In this document: piece after piece, positions 17,725 to 26,672 of the stretch
How positions within the stretch are numbered: position 1 is the stretch's first letter
Layout: each line of letters begins with the position of its first letter
Origin: Syntrophaceae bacterium UBA1411
Lineage (GTDB): Bacteria; Desulfobacterota; Syntrophia; Syntrophales; Smithellaceae
DNA: 64,000 nucleotides
NCBI GenBank assembly: GCA_002304995.1
Contig: DBPV01000022.1
Location: 1,248-65,247 of the forward strand
Direction of reading: 5' to 3'
Translations under genes and position numbers: made by a program
The notes under the pieces: generated by a model
What the model was told of the DNA's origin: nothing
Seen by the model: the letters and a program-made list of their open reading frames with translations, nothing else
The model's database searches: none

Positions 17725-18924
17725 ATGCATATCATTGAAGACGGAAACGCGGCGGCGGCTCTGGGCGTCCGGCTCTGCCGCCCCCAGGTCATTGCCGCCT
17801 ATCCCATCACGCCGCAGACCCCCGTCACGGAAAAACTTTCCGAGTATGTCGAAGAAGGGTCGCTTTCGGCTCAGTATATCCCCGTGGAAAGCGAACATTC
17901 GGCGCTCGCCGTCTGCATCGCCGCCTCGTCGGCCGGCGCGCGCGTTTTCACCGCCACCAGCGCCAACGGCCTTTTGTACATGCACGAGCAGGTCCAGTGG
18001 GCCGCGGGCGCGCGCCTGCCCATCGTCATGTGCGTCGTCAACCGGGCGGTGGGCGCGCCCTGGAACATCTGGAACGACCAGCAGGATTCCATCTCCCAGC
18101 GGGACACGGGCTGGATCCAGATGTACTGCGCGGATCATCAGCAGATTCTCGACACGGTCATCAAGGCTTACTGGCTCGCGGAAAAGGTCAGCATTCCGAT
18201 CATGGTCTGCTATGACGGCTACATTCTGTCGCATACGTTCATGCCGTTCGACCTGCCGGAAGCGCGCGCTGTCGATGCCTTTCTGCCGCCGTTTCAGCCG
18301 GAGTACGCGCTCAATCCCCGCGAGCCGGCCAACCTCAACACCGTGACGCTGCCGGACGTGCGCATGGACGTGCACGGCGAACTGGCGCACGGCTACATGG
18401 AAATCCGTTATCTGCTCCAGGAGGATCTGCGCCTGGCGCTGGGGGCCGCGGCGGAAATGGAAAAGCGCTTTGCCGGCGTTTTCGGACGGGAGGCCGATCC
18501 CTACCTCGAACCCTACCGCTGCGACGACGCGGACTTTGTCGCCGTGGGGCTGGGCTCGCTCACCTATCAGCTGCGCGTCTCGGTGGATGCCCTGCGCGCA
18601 GAAGGCATCCGGGTCGGCGTGATGGGCGTGCGCTTTTACCGGCCTTTTCCCGATGAAGCCATCGCCCGCGCCCTCACCGGAAAGACAGGCGTCATCGTTT
18701 TTGAAAAGGCGCTGAGCTACGGGTACGAAGGCGCGCTGGCGTCGGATCTGAAATCCGCGCTTTACGAATATCTGGGCGGCACCGGCCGTCTGCCGACGGT
18801 CCAGAACTTCATCGCCGGCATCGGCGGCCGCGAAATCCATACGCAAGATTTAACCGATACCCTGAGAGCCGCGATCCAGGCCCGGGTCTCCAAAGAGCCC
18901 GCGTGGATCGGGCTTAAGTTATAG
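17725..18924 (+). CDS. 2-oxoacid:ferredoxin oxidoreductase, alpha subunit (cluster 2)
   Basis: The 399-aa product has YPITPQTPV and ESEHSALAV motifs. Confidence 0.88.
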   Translation: MHIIEDGNAAAALGVRLCRPQVIAAYPITPQTPVTEKLSEYVEEGSLSAQYIPVESEHSALAVCIAASSAGARVFTATSANGLLYMHEQVQWAAGARLPIVMCVVNRAVGAPWNIWNDQQDSISQRDTGWIQMYCADHQQILDTVIKAYWLAEKVSIPIMVCYDGYILSHTFMPFDLPEARAVDAFLPPFQPEYALNPREPANLNTVTLPDVRMDVHGELAHGYMEIRYLLQEDLRLALGAAAEMEKRFAGVFGREADPYLEPYRCDDADFVAVGLGSLTYQLRVSVDALRAEGIRVGVMGVRFYRPFPDEAIARALTGKTGVIVFEKALSYGYEGALASDLKSALYEYLGGTGRLPTVQNFIAGIGGREIHTQDLTDTLRAAIQARVSKEPAWIGLKL

Positions 18925-18933
18925 GAGTCTGCC

Positions 18934-19839
18934 ATGCAACAGGCAAAAACCACCATCCTGAGTTTACCCACCCAAGAGTTCGTCCACCCGGGAACCAGGG
19001 CGTGCACCGGCTGCGGCCTGTCCATCGCCTACCGCGTGGGTCTCAAGGCGCTGGGTCCGGACACCATGCTGATCGTTCCTCCCAGCTGCCTCACCGTTTT
19101 GCAGGGCCTTTTTCCGGTGGCCTCCACCAAACTCCCCTGCCTGAACGTCACGTTTGCCTCGACGGCCGCCGCGGCCACGGGAATTTTAGCCACGCTCAAA
19201 GCGCAGGGCAACACCCATACCACCGTCGCCGCCTGGGCGGGAGACGGGGGCACCAGCGACATCGGCCTGCAGGCCCTGTCCGGCGCGGCGGAGCGCGGCG
19301 ACAACTTCATTTATTTCTGCTACGACAACGAAGGCTACATGAACACCGGCGTTCAGCGCTCGGGAACGACGCCCATCGGCGCCATCACGGCCAACACGCC
19401 GTTCAAGGGAAAGCTCCAGCAGAAGAAAGATGTTCCCGCCATCATGGCGGCGCATCATTTAAGCTACGTGGCCGCCTGCTCGGCGGCGTATCCGCTGGAT
19501 CTGTACGATAAGATTCTCAAGTGCCGGGACCTGCCCGGCACCAAATACTTCCACATTCACATTCCCTGCCCGCCCGGCTGGGGCTACGATCCGCGCTACG
19601 GCATCAAGATCGGACGGCTCGCCGTGGAAACGGGCTACTACGACCTCTACGAAGTCGTGAACGGCGAATTCCGCCTGACCGCCGCTTCCGAAAAGCTGGT
19701 GGAAAAGCGCAAGCTCGTCCCCGTCCGCGAATACTTCCGCTCCCAGTCGCGCTTCAAAGTGCTGACCGAGGAGCAGATTGCGGACATCCAGAAGCAGATC
19801 GACGAAAAGTGGGAAGGCTATTACAAAAAGAGCGACTAG
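18934..19839 (+). CDS. 2-oxoacid:ferredoxin oxidoreductase, beta TPP-binding subunit (cluster 2)
   Basis: The 301-aa product has GDGGTSDIGLQALSGAAERGDNFIYFCYDNEGYMNTG and N-terminal CTGCG. Confidence 0.88.
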   Translation: MQQAKTTILSLPTQEFVHPGTRACTGCGLSIAYRVGLKALGPDTMLIVPPSCLTVLQGLFPVASTKLPCLNVTFASTAAAATGILATLKAQGNTHTTVAAWAGDGGTSDIGLQALSGAAERGDNFIYFCYDNEGYMNTGVQRSGTTPIGAITANTPFKGKLQQKKDVPAIMAAHHLSYVAACSAAYPLDLYDKILKCRDLPGTKYFHIHIPCPPGWGYDPRYGIKIGRLAVETGYYDLYEVVNGEFRLTAASEKLVEKRKLVPVREYFRSQSRFKVLTEEQIADIQKQIDEKWEGYYKKSD

Positions 19840-19847
19840 CCGCGGGC

Positions 19848-19885
19848 GGGCAGACGGAGAACCCGCAAGGTTCTTCCGTCTGCCC
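19848..19885. terminator. hairpin between converging OFOR-beta and acyl-CoA synthetase genes
   Basis: GGGCAGACGGAGAACC (19848-19863) pairs with GGTTCTTCCGTCTGCCC (19869-19885) with one bulge. There is no strong T-run. Confidence 0.45.
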
Positions 19886-19892
19886 GGAACCG

Positions 19893-21719
19893 TTATTCCT
19901 TGTAGAGGGCCTCGATCAGGTGGCCGTACTTTTCCATGACCACCTGGCGCTTGAGCTTCATCGTCTGCGTGAGCATGCCGTTGTCCAGCGTGAAATCTTC
20001 CAGGATGAAATCAAACTTGCGGGGAATTTCATAGGAACCGATGGTTTTGCGCAAATGGTTCTGCACCTCGGCGGTGAGCAGATCCTTGAATTTCCGGCCG
20101 GCGGGATTGGCCGGATCGAAAAGGTCTTTCGGATCGACAGACAGGTTGAGTTCGGCGGCCAGATGCTCGAGGAGTTTCATGTCGGGCACGATCAGCCCCA
20201 CGTTGTATTCATGGCCAGATCCGGCCACCACAGCGTTTAAAATCCAGGGCAGCACCTTCATCTCCAGTTCCACGGTTTCCGGATGTACATATTTCCCGTT
20301 GGCCAGTTTATATTCCTCCTTGAAGCGGCCGGTGATGTATAAGAAACCGTCGTCGTCGAGGCGTCCCCGGTCGCCCGTGCGCACACCCCGCATGCCATCG
20401 CGTTCCACGATCACTTCTTTGGTCTGTTCCGGTTTTTTGTGATAGCCGATCATGCACTGAGGCCCGAAGCAGATGATTTCTCCGTCGTCGCCGTCTTCGC
20501 CGGTGCGCGACCGGTCGATCACCACTTTGGTCTTGTTGATGGGCTTTCCCACCGTCCCCAGACGGTTCCCCATCAGGGGCGAGTTAATGGTAATGGCCGG
20601 AGAGGTCTCGCTCAACCCATACGCGTCATAGGTTGGAATCCCCACATCGATGAAGAATTTGGCGATTTCCACGTTCATGGGCGCGCTGCCGGTGACCGCG
20701 TTTTCCAGCCGTCCGCCGAAGCGCTCCCGGATCTTGGCCAGAACGATCTTGTCCAGGATTTTATACTTGAGGCCGGCCCGGCCTGTCTCGCGTTTGGCTT
20801 TGGCCGCCGCCAGCGCCGCCTCGAAGAGTTTGAGCTTGAGCCCGCCTTCCTCGCGCATTTTGGCCCAGACGCCGTTGTAGACGCGGTTGAAGATCCGGGG
20901 CACCGTGATCATGAAGGTCGGCTTGACCTTGGGCAGATCGTCGATGAGCGTTTCAACCGATCCCATGATGCCGATGGACGCGCCGCGCATCATGAACGCG
21001 TGCAGGTCGGCCGTGATTCCGAACGAATGCGCCCAGGGCAGCATGGAGATGCAACGGCTGTGTTCGGTCAGATTCGGAAACCAGGCCAGGCCCGCCTTGA
21101 CGTTTTCCGCGAGGTTTCCGTGGGACAGCAAGACGCCCTTGGGCTCGCCCGTCGTCCCCGAAGTGTAAATCAGCACCGCGACATCCGAATGTTTGGGTTT
21201 GATCGACGCCACGGGATTTTTCGCGCCTGCGGCTTCCAGCGCCGCCAGCGTGTTTTCCCCTTCGCCCTCGATCAGAAAAATTTTTTTGAGCGTGGGAATT
21301 TCGGCGGGAAAATCTTTTACCTTGGCCAGAATCTCCGGCTTGGACACGAGAAGAACCTTCACTTCCGCGTCGCGGATAATGTACTTCCACATCGACACCA
21401 GTTCCTTCTCGTACATCGGCACATAGCAGGCGCCCCGTCCCTGTGCGGCGATTTCGCCGATGAACCACTCCTTGCGGTTGTTGGCGATGATGCCGACCGC
21501 GTCCCCCGCCTGCACTCCCGCCGCCGCCAGTCCGCCCCGCAGACGGTCGATGCGCTCTGCGATCTGCCGGTAGGTGACCCACTGATACGTCCCGGCGGCG
21601 TCCTTTTCGCCGATAAAAACGTTGCCGGCAAAGCGGGCCGCGCTTTGTTCAAAAAAATCCACCAGATTGTCCGGCGGCTCGTACACGTTGCTGTACTCGC
21701 CATACTCAAAAATCGCCAT
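19893..21719 (-). CDS. long-chain acyl-CoA synthetase (AMP-forming, ACSL-like)
   Basis: The 608-aa product has the AMP-binding signature LIYTSGTTGEPKGV and C-terminal motifs TGDRGRLDDDGFLYITGR and GMLTQTMKLKR. Confidence 0.88.
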   Translation of the reverse strand: MAIFEYGEYSNVYEPPDNLVDFFEQSAARFAGNVFIGEKDAAGTYQWVTYRQIAERIDRLRGGLAAAGVQAGDAVGIIANNRKEWFIGEIAAQGRGACYVPMYEKELVSMWKYIIRDAEVKVLLVSKPEILAKVKDFPAEIPTLKKIFLIEGEGENTLAALEAAGAKNPVASIKPKHSDVAVLIYTSGTTGEPKGVLLSHGNLAENVKAGLAWFPNLTEHSRCISMLPWAHSFGITADLHAFMMRGASIGIMGSVETLIDDLPKVKPTFMITVPRIFNRVYNGVWAKMREEGGLKLKLFEAALAAAKAKRETGRAGLKYKILDKIVLAKIRERFGGRLENAVTGSAPMNVEIAKFFIDVGIPTYDAYGLSETSPAITINSPLMGNRLGTVGKPINKTKVVIDRSRTGEDGDDGEIICFGPQCMIGYHKKPEQTKEVIVERDGMRGVRTGDRGRLDDDGFLYITGRFKEEYKLANGKYVHPETVELEMKVLPWILNAVVAGSGHEYNVGLIVPDMKLLEHLAAELNLSVDPKDLFDPANPAGRKFKDLLTAEVQNHLRKTIGSYEIPRKFDFILEDFTLDNGMLTQTMKLKRQVVMEKYGHLIEALYKE

Positions 21720-22189
21720 AGTTTTCCCTCCTTCATTCTGCCTGCATCAAGTAAACGACTGCCATTCTTGCGCGTCTCCATCAGCGCTTTATCCGGAACG
21801 CATGACTCCCCTGTATTATCGAAAACAAACGTTTGAAGATTTGGCTGAAAAACCACCCTTGGCCGCTGAAACCGATAAGACCGCAACAAGATATGAAAAA
21901 AACATTTTTTATTGCATTTGATTTTACTGTGTTTTCCTTTTTTGTCAATGAAATAGACGTCGGCTCCGTATTTTTTTCACATATCCGCGGCAATTTCAGG
22001 AAGGGCAAACGTCTATTGCAGGGATCACCCGGCCGCGGCGTCTGTCTCAATTTTTCTTTTTATGGTATAAGGCATTTCACTTACTTCCGGTTTGAAGAAA
22101 ATCTCCGCTTCGTTTCCGCAGTGCCCGTTGTCGCCTATCGTCCGTCCGCCCCCGCAGGAACCGTCCGTATTTTTTTGAAGGGAAGAGGC

Positions 22190-25100
22190 ATGAATCCTTC
22201 AGACGCCATTCGGCAGGATCCGCCGCCCGGCGCAAGACTGGTGAGGTTCCGCGGCGACACGCTCCGCTTCACCCTTGCGCTTGCCGCCGCGGTTCCGGGA
22301 ACGGCCTGGATCCGCACCAACATCGGCCATGCGGCCGTGGCCCGCCGGGCCATTATCGCCGCGGTGGACAAAAACACGCCGCCCTTGGGCACGGACTGGT
22401 TCGACATTCCCCTGCGGCCCGTCGACTCCCGCCGGTTTGCCGTCGCGCTGCCGCTTGCCGAAACGGGACATTTCGAAGCGAAGGGTTATTTTCTGCCCGC
22501 TGGGGAAAAAGCGCCGCTGTGGCCGGCCGGCGCCAACACCTCCATCAACGTCGGACCGGCCGGCGCCGCTTCAGCCAATATCATCTACAACGCCTTCGTC
22601 CGGCAATTCGGACCGAACCGGGACGGACGCCAGACGCAAAACGACACGGAAACCGCCTGCATCCGGATGCTCGACCAAAAGGGCTGCACAGTGATTCCCC
22701 GTTCCGGAACGTTTCGGGATCTGATCGCTCAGCTGGATTTCATTCTCGGCCGGCTGGGATGCCGCTTCGTGCATCTGCTGCCCGTTTCCCCGACACCGAC
22801 CACCTACGGCCGGATGGGACGCTTCGGCAGCCCTTACGCGGCGCTGCACTTCACCGGAATCGATCCGGCGCTGGCCGTCTTTGACTTCAAGGCAACGCCG
22901 CTGGAACAGTTCATCGAGCTCGTCGATGCGGTGCACGCCCGCCGGGCCGGCCTGATTCTCGACATCGCCGTCAATTCCACCGGCTGGGCCGCCGGCCTCC
23001 ACGAAACTCATCCGCGCTGGCTCGTCCGGGACGTCGCCGGCGAAATCCGCTCTCCCGGAGCGTGGGGCGTGGTCTGGAGGGATCTCGCCAGCCTGGACTA
23101 TACCTGCCGCGATCTCTGGCGCTACATCGCTTCCGTGTTTCTGACCTGGTGCCGGCGCGGCGTGGACGGCTTCCGCTGCGACGCGGGCTACATGATTCCC
23201 CTTCCCGCCTGGACGTACATCATCGCCCGCGTCCGCGAAGAATTTCCCGACGCCGTCTTTCTGCTGGAGGGGCTGGGAGGCAGCATTGCCGTCACCCGGG
23301 ATCTGCTCAACCGGGCCAACTTCAACTGGGCCTATTCCGAGCTTTTCCAAAACGACGACCGGGAACAGATTTCCCGTTATCTGCCCGAAACCTTCGACAT
23401 CTCCGAACAAGACGGACTGGCCGTCCACTACGCGGAAACGCACGACAACAACCGTCTGGCCGCCCGGTCGCAAACCTACGCCGCCATGCGCACCGCCCTT
23501 TGCGCGCTTTGCTCCTGCCGCGGAGGATTCGGATTCGCCAACGGCGTGGAGTGGTTTGCCGACGCTAAAATCGACGTCCACGAAGCCCGTCCGCTCAACT
23601 GGGGAAGCCCGGTCAATCAGGTGGACGCGATCCGCCGCCTGAACATTCTGCTCAGGTTCCACCCCGCCTTTGCGGGTGAAGCGCATGTCCGGCTCGTCAC
23701 CCGGGGCGAAGGCAACTTCCTGGCGCTGGCGCGCGTTTGCCGGCCATCGGGCAAAACGCTCATCGTCGTCGTCAATCTCGACGATCTGCATCCGGTGCGG
23801 GCCGCCTGGGAGCGGCAGGCCGGAGGGCATCCGGAGCCCGACATCGACCTTCTCAGCGGAAAGGAGATGCCGGTTGATTTCATGGCGTCTGTCTCCTCAT
23901 GTCCTCTCTCTCCCGGACAGGTCCTGTGCCTGACGGCGGACAAAAAAGACCTGGCGATTTTCGATCAGCCGGCCGATCTCTCCTTCGATCCGGACTGTCT
24001 TTTGACACAAAAGAAACGGGCCAAAGTCCTGGATGTGCTGAACCACTGGCGGGGCATCGGGGACGTATCGGATATCGACATGACGCGGGCGGCGGACCGG
24101 CTGGTCCAGGATCCGGTTGCCTTTTGCCGTTCGTGCAATCCGGAAAGCGACGAACACCGGATTGTTTTCTGGCGCTGGCCGCAGGATCTCCGCCGCCAGG
24201 TGACGGTGCCGGCCGGGCATTTTCTGCTGGTGCGGGCCGCCGATCCGCTTCGCGGCGCCCTGCTGGACGGAGAAGAGGAAAATGAGCGCGTCACAGCCTG
24301 CGAGGAAAGCCTGCCTGCGCAAAACAAGGGGCATTTCATCCTCTTTGCGCCTTCTGCCGTACCGTCGGCTCCGGCCCGCCGGACGCTCCGGCTCTCGGTT
24401 TACGGAAAAGAAGGCGTCCGCCACGAAGCCGCGCCGCTTCTGTTTCTTGGCGATCCTAAAAGGCGAGCCCTTCCCGCCCGGTATCGCCGCCGGGATCTTC
24501 TGCGGACCGGCCACCTGTTTCTGACCGCCAACGGCCGCGGCGGCATGTGCCGGGCCGATGTCCGCTGGGGCGTGTTGAACAGCCGCTACGACGCGCTTCT
24601 GGCGGCCAATCTGAATCCGGACTGCCCGGACGACCGGCGGGTGATGTTCACACGGTGCCGCGCCTGGATTGTCTATCAGGCCTATTCCCAGGAAGTCTGC
24701 CTCGACAGCCTCGATTTCTTCCGCCGGGAAGACGGCGCGGGCATCTGGAATTTCAGAATTCCGACCGGGCAGGGCGGCTCTATCGACCTGCGGATTACGG
24801 TCCGGATGATCGCGGGAGAAAACGCCGTCCGCCTGGCCTTTGAACGGCTCGGCGCTTCTCCGGGCCGGGGCATGCTCGACGACGCCGAACCGGTACAGCT
24901 GATTTTGCGGCCGGATATTGAAGACCGCAGCTTCCACGACACCACCAAGGCCTACTCGGGGCCGGAGGCCGCCTGGCCCGCGGCCACGCACCCGGGCCAG
25001 GCATCCTTTGTATTCGCCCCCGCGCCCGAAAGGAAACTGACGGTTCGGATATCGGAGGGCCGGTTTGTCCGGGAACCCCAGTGGCAGTACATGGTCCACC

Positions 25101-26467
25101 GCTCAGCCGACGCAGAACGCGGCCAGGATCCCGCATCGGATCTATGGAGCCCCGGCTACTTTACGTCGTTTTTGTCAGGCGGCGAAACGGTCTTTCTCAG
25201 CGCTTGTGCAAATGACGCTTCCACCGAAACGGCGGCCTCCGTTCCTCGCACCGGCGAAAAACTCCGTCCGACGCTCGAGGAATCGCTTAGCGACTCGCTC
25301 TGCGCGTTTCTCGTGAAGCGCGGCTCCCTCCTGTCCGTCATCGCCGGTTATCCCTGGTTTCTCGACTGGGGGCGGGATTCGCTGATTTTCGCCCGCGGTC
25401 TGATCGGCATCGGCCTGCATCGCGAAGCAAAGGCCATTCTCAGGCTCTTCGGCGGCCTGGAGGACCGCGGCACGCTGCCCAACATGATTTCCGGCAAACG
25501 GACGGAAAACCGCACGACGGTTGACGCGTCGCTGTGGTTTCTCGCAGCTCTGGCGGATCTGACCGCGAGCGAAAAATCGAATGCCTTTCTCGACACGATC
25601 TCGGGCGGCAGAAGCCTCCGGGACATCGCCTTGTCCATCGGACGTTTTTATATTGCGGGAACTCCCGGCGGCGTCCGGATGGACCCGGCCTCGAACCTTA
25701 TTTACAGCCCGGCCTGCTTTACCTGGATGGACACCAACCACCCGGCCTGCACACCCCGGCAGGGCTACTGCATCGAGATTCAGGCGCTGTGGCACAAAGC
25801 GCTGGTTTTTCTGTCCGGCCTGGACCCCGAGGGCAGGGCCGGCTGGGCCGGACTTGCGTCCGGTGTCGCGCAATCGCTCGCAAAGCTGTTTGCGCTCGAA
25901 ACGGGATATCTGGCCGACTGCCTTACGGCGGCGCCCGGAGAGCCGGCCGCTTGTGCCCGCCCCGACGCCGCGCTCAGGCCCAACCAGCTTTTGGCGCTTA
26001 CGCTGGATGCCGTGACGGACCGCCCAACCGGCAAAGCCGTTCTGGACGCCTGCCAGCTGCTCCTGGTTCCCGGCGCCATCCGCAGCCTGACGGATGAACC
26101 GGACGGTGCGCCGTCCGGCGCCTACCGGGGCCGCTATACCGGAGACGAGGACACCAGCCGTAAACCCGCCTATCACAACGGAACGGCCTGGACCTGGCTT
26201 TTTCCCGCTTACTGCGAGGCCTACGCAAAAGTTTACGGCGAAAAAGGCAAAGCCGCCGCCCGGTCCTGGCTTGCCGGCAGTCTGGAACTTCTCCGCGACG
26301 GCTGCGTCGGCCACATTCCGGAAATTCTGGACGGCGATTACCCCCACACGCAGCGGGGATGCGACGCCCAGGCCTGGGGACTCTCCGAATGGCTCCGGGT
26401 CTGGACGCTTCTGAAAGCCGACGGAAGCCGGAACTTCCGGGCCGGAGCGGCCGGAAAAGAAGATTGA
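22190..26467 (+). CDS. bifunctional-architecture glycogen debranching enzyme: N-terminal GH13 alpha-amylase/glucanotransferase-like half fused to a C-terminal amylo-alpha-1,6-glucosidase (GDE) half
   Basis: I place the start at the ATG at 22190, after GGAAGAGG, inside track ORF 21833..26467; the upstream 119 codons are AT-rich and do not look like coding sequence. GH13-like regions are FVHLLPVSPT, DGFRCDAGYMIP, FLLEGLGG and YAETHDNNRLA. The C-terminal half has the bacterial/archaeal GDE N-domain motif ANGRGGM..LNSRYDALL and the GDE_C motif GYPWFLDWGRDSLIFARG. Confidence 0.82.
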   Translation: MNPSDAIRQDPPPGARLVRFRGDTLRFTLALAAAVPGTAWIRTNIGHAAVARRAIIAAVDKNTPPLGTDWFDIPLRPVDSRRFAVALPLAETGHFEAKGYFLPAGEKAPLWPAGANTSINVGPAGAASANIIYNAFVRQFGPNRDGRQTQNDTETACIRMLDQKGCTVIPRSGTFRDLIAQLDFILGRLGCRFVHLLPVSPTPTTYGRMGRFGSPYAALHFTGIDPALAVFDFKATPLEQFIELVDAVHARRAGLILDIAVNSTGWAAGLHETHPRWLVRDVAGEIRSPGAWGVVWRDLASLDYTCRDLWRYIASVFLTWCRRGVDGFRCDAGYMIPLPAWTYIIARVREEFPDAVFLLEGLGGSIAVTRDLLNRANFNWAYSELFQNDDREQISRYLPETFDISEQDGLAVHYAETHDNNRLAARSQTYAAMRTALCALCSCRGGFGFANGVEWFADAKIDVHEARPLNWGSPVNQVDAIRRLNILLRFHPAFAGEAHVRLVTRGEGNFLALARVCRPSGKTLIVVVNLDDLHPVRAAWERQAGGHPEPDIDLLSGKEMPVDFMASVSSCPLSPGQVLCLTADKKDLAIFDQPADLSFDPDCLLTQKKRAKVLDVLNHWRGIGDVSDIDMTRAADRLVQDPVAFCRSCNPESDEHRIVFWRWPQDLRRQVTVPAGHFLLVRAADPLRGALLDGEEENERVTACEESLPAQNKGHFILFAPSAVPSAPARRTLRLSVYGKEGVRHEAAPLLFLGDPKRRALPARYRRRDLLRTGHLFLTANGRGGMCRADVRWGVLNSRYDALLAANLNPDCPDDRRVMFTRCRAWIVYQAYSQEVCLDSLDFFRREDGAGIWNFRIPTGQGGSIDLRITVRMIAGENAVRLAFERLGASPGRGMLDDAEPVQLILRPDIEDRSFHDTTKAYSGPEAAWPAATHPGQASFVFAPAPERKLTVRISEGRFVREPQWQYMVHRSADAERGQDPASDLWSPGYFTSFLSGGETVFLSACANDASTETAASVPRTGEKLRPTLEESLSDSLCAFLVKRGSLLSVIAGYPWFLDWGRDSLIFARGLIGIGLHREAKAILRLFGGLEDRGTLPNMISGKRTENRTTVDASLWFLAALADLTASEKSNAFLDTISGGRSLRDIALSIGRFYIAGTPGGVRMDPASNLIYSPACFTWMDTNHPACTPRQGYCIEIQALWHKALVFLSGLDPEGRAGWAGLASGVAQSLAKLFALETGYLADCLTAAPGEPAACARPDAALRPNQLLALTLDAVTDRPTGKAVLDACQLLLVPGAIRSLTDEPDGAPSGAYRGRYTGDEDTSRKPAYHNGTAWTWLFPAYCEAYAKVYGEKGKAAARSWLAGSLELLRDGCVGHIPEILDGDYPHTQRGCDAQAWGLSEWLRVWTLLKADGSRNFRAGAAGKED

Positions 26468-26485
26468 CCTGTTGCCGGACTCCTT

Positions 26486-26514
26486 TTGAGTTTTCGTCAA
26501 AAGGGGTGTATAAT
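26486..26514 (+). promoter_or_regulatory. candidate sigma-70 promoter for glgP
   Basis: The promoter reads TTGAGT (26486-26491), 17 nt, TATAAT (26509-26514), with a TG at the extended -10 position. It lies 159 nt upstream of the glgP ATG. Confidence 0.5.
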
Positions 26515-26672
26515 GAAAACATATTTGCGCCAACGCTGTTATTTTTCGCCAATCTTAGTGTGGTCCTTCATCCGCTGTCTTCCGCATGCAGGCTTTTGTC
26601 CGAAGCATCAGGCCGTCTTTTTCTCCATTCAGCGCCGGCGCCGTTCGAACAAAACTTTTTTAGGATGGGCCT

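Noticed and set aside
21833-22189. A 119-codon N-terminal extension of the giant ORF (MKIWLKNHPW...).
   Set aside because: The composition is AT-rich and F/I/K-rich and unlike the rest of the gene. There is no RBS. A good RBS and ATG are found at 22190, where the conserved-looking sequence begins.
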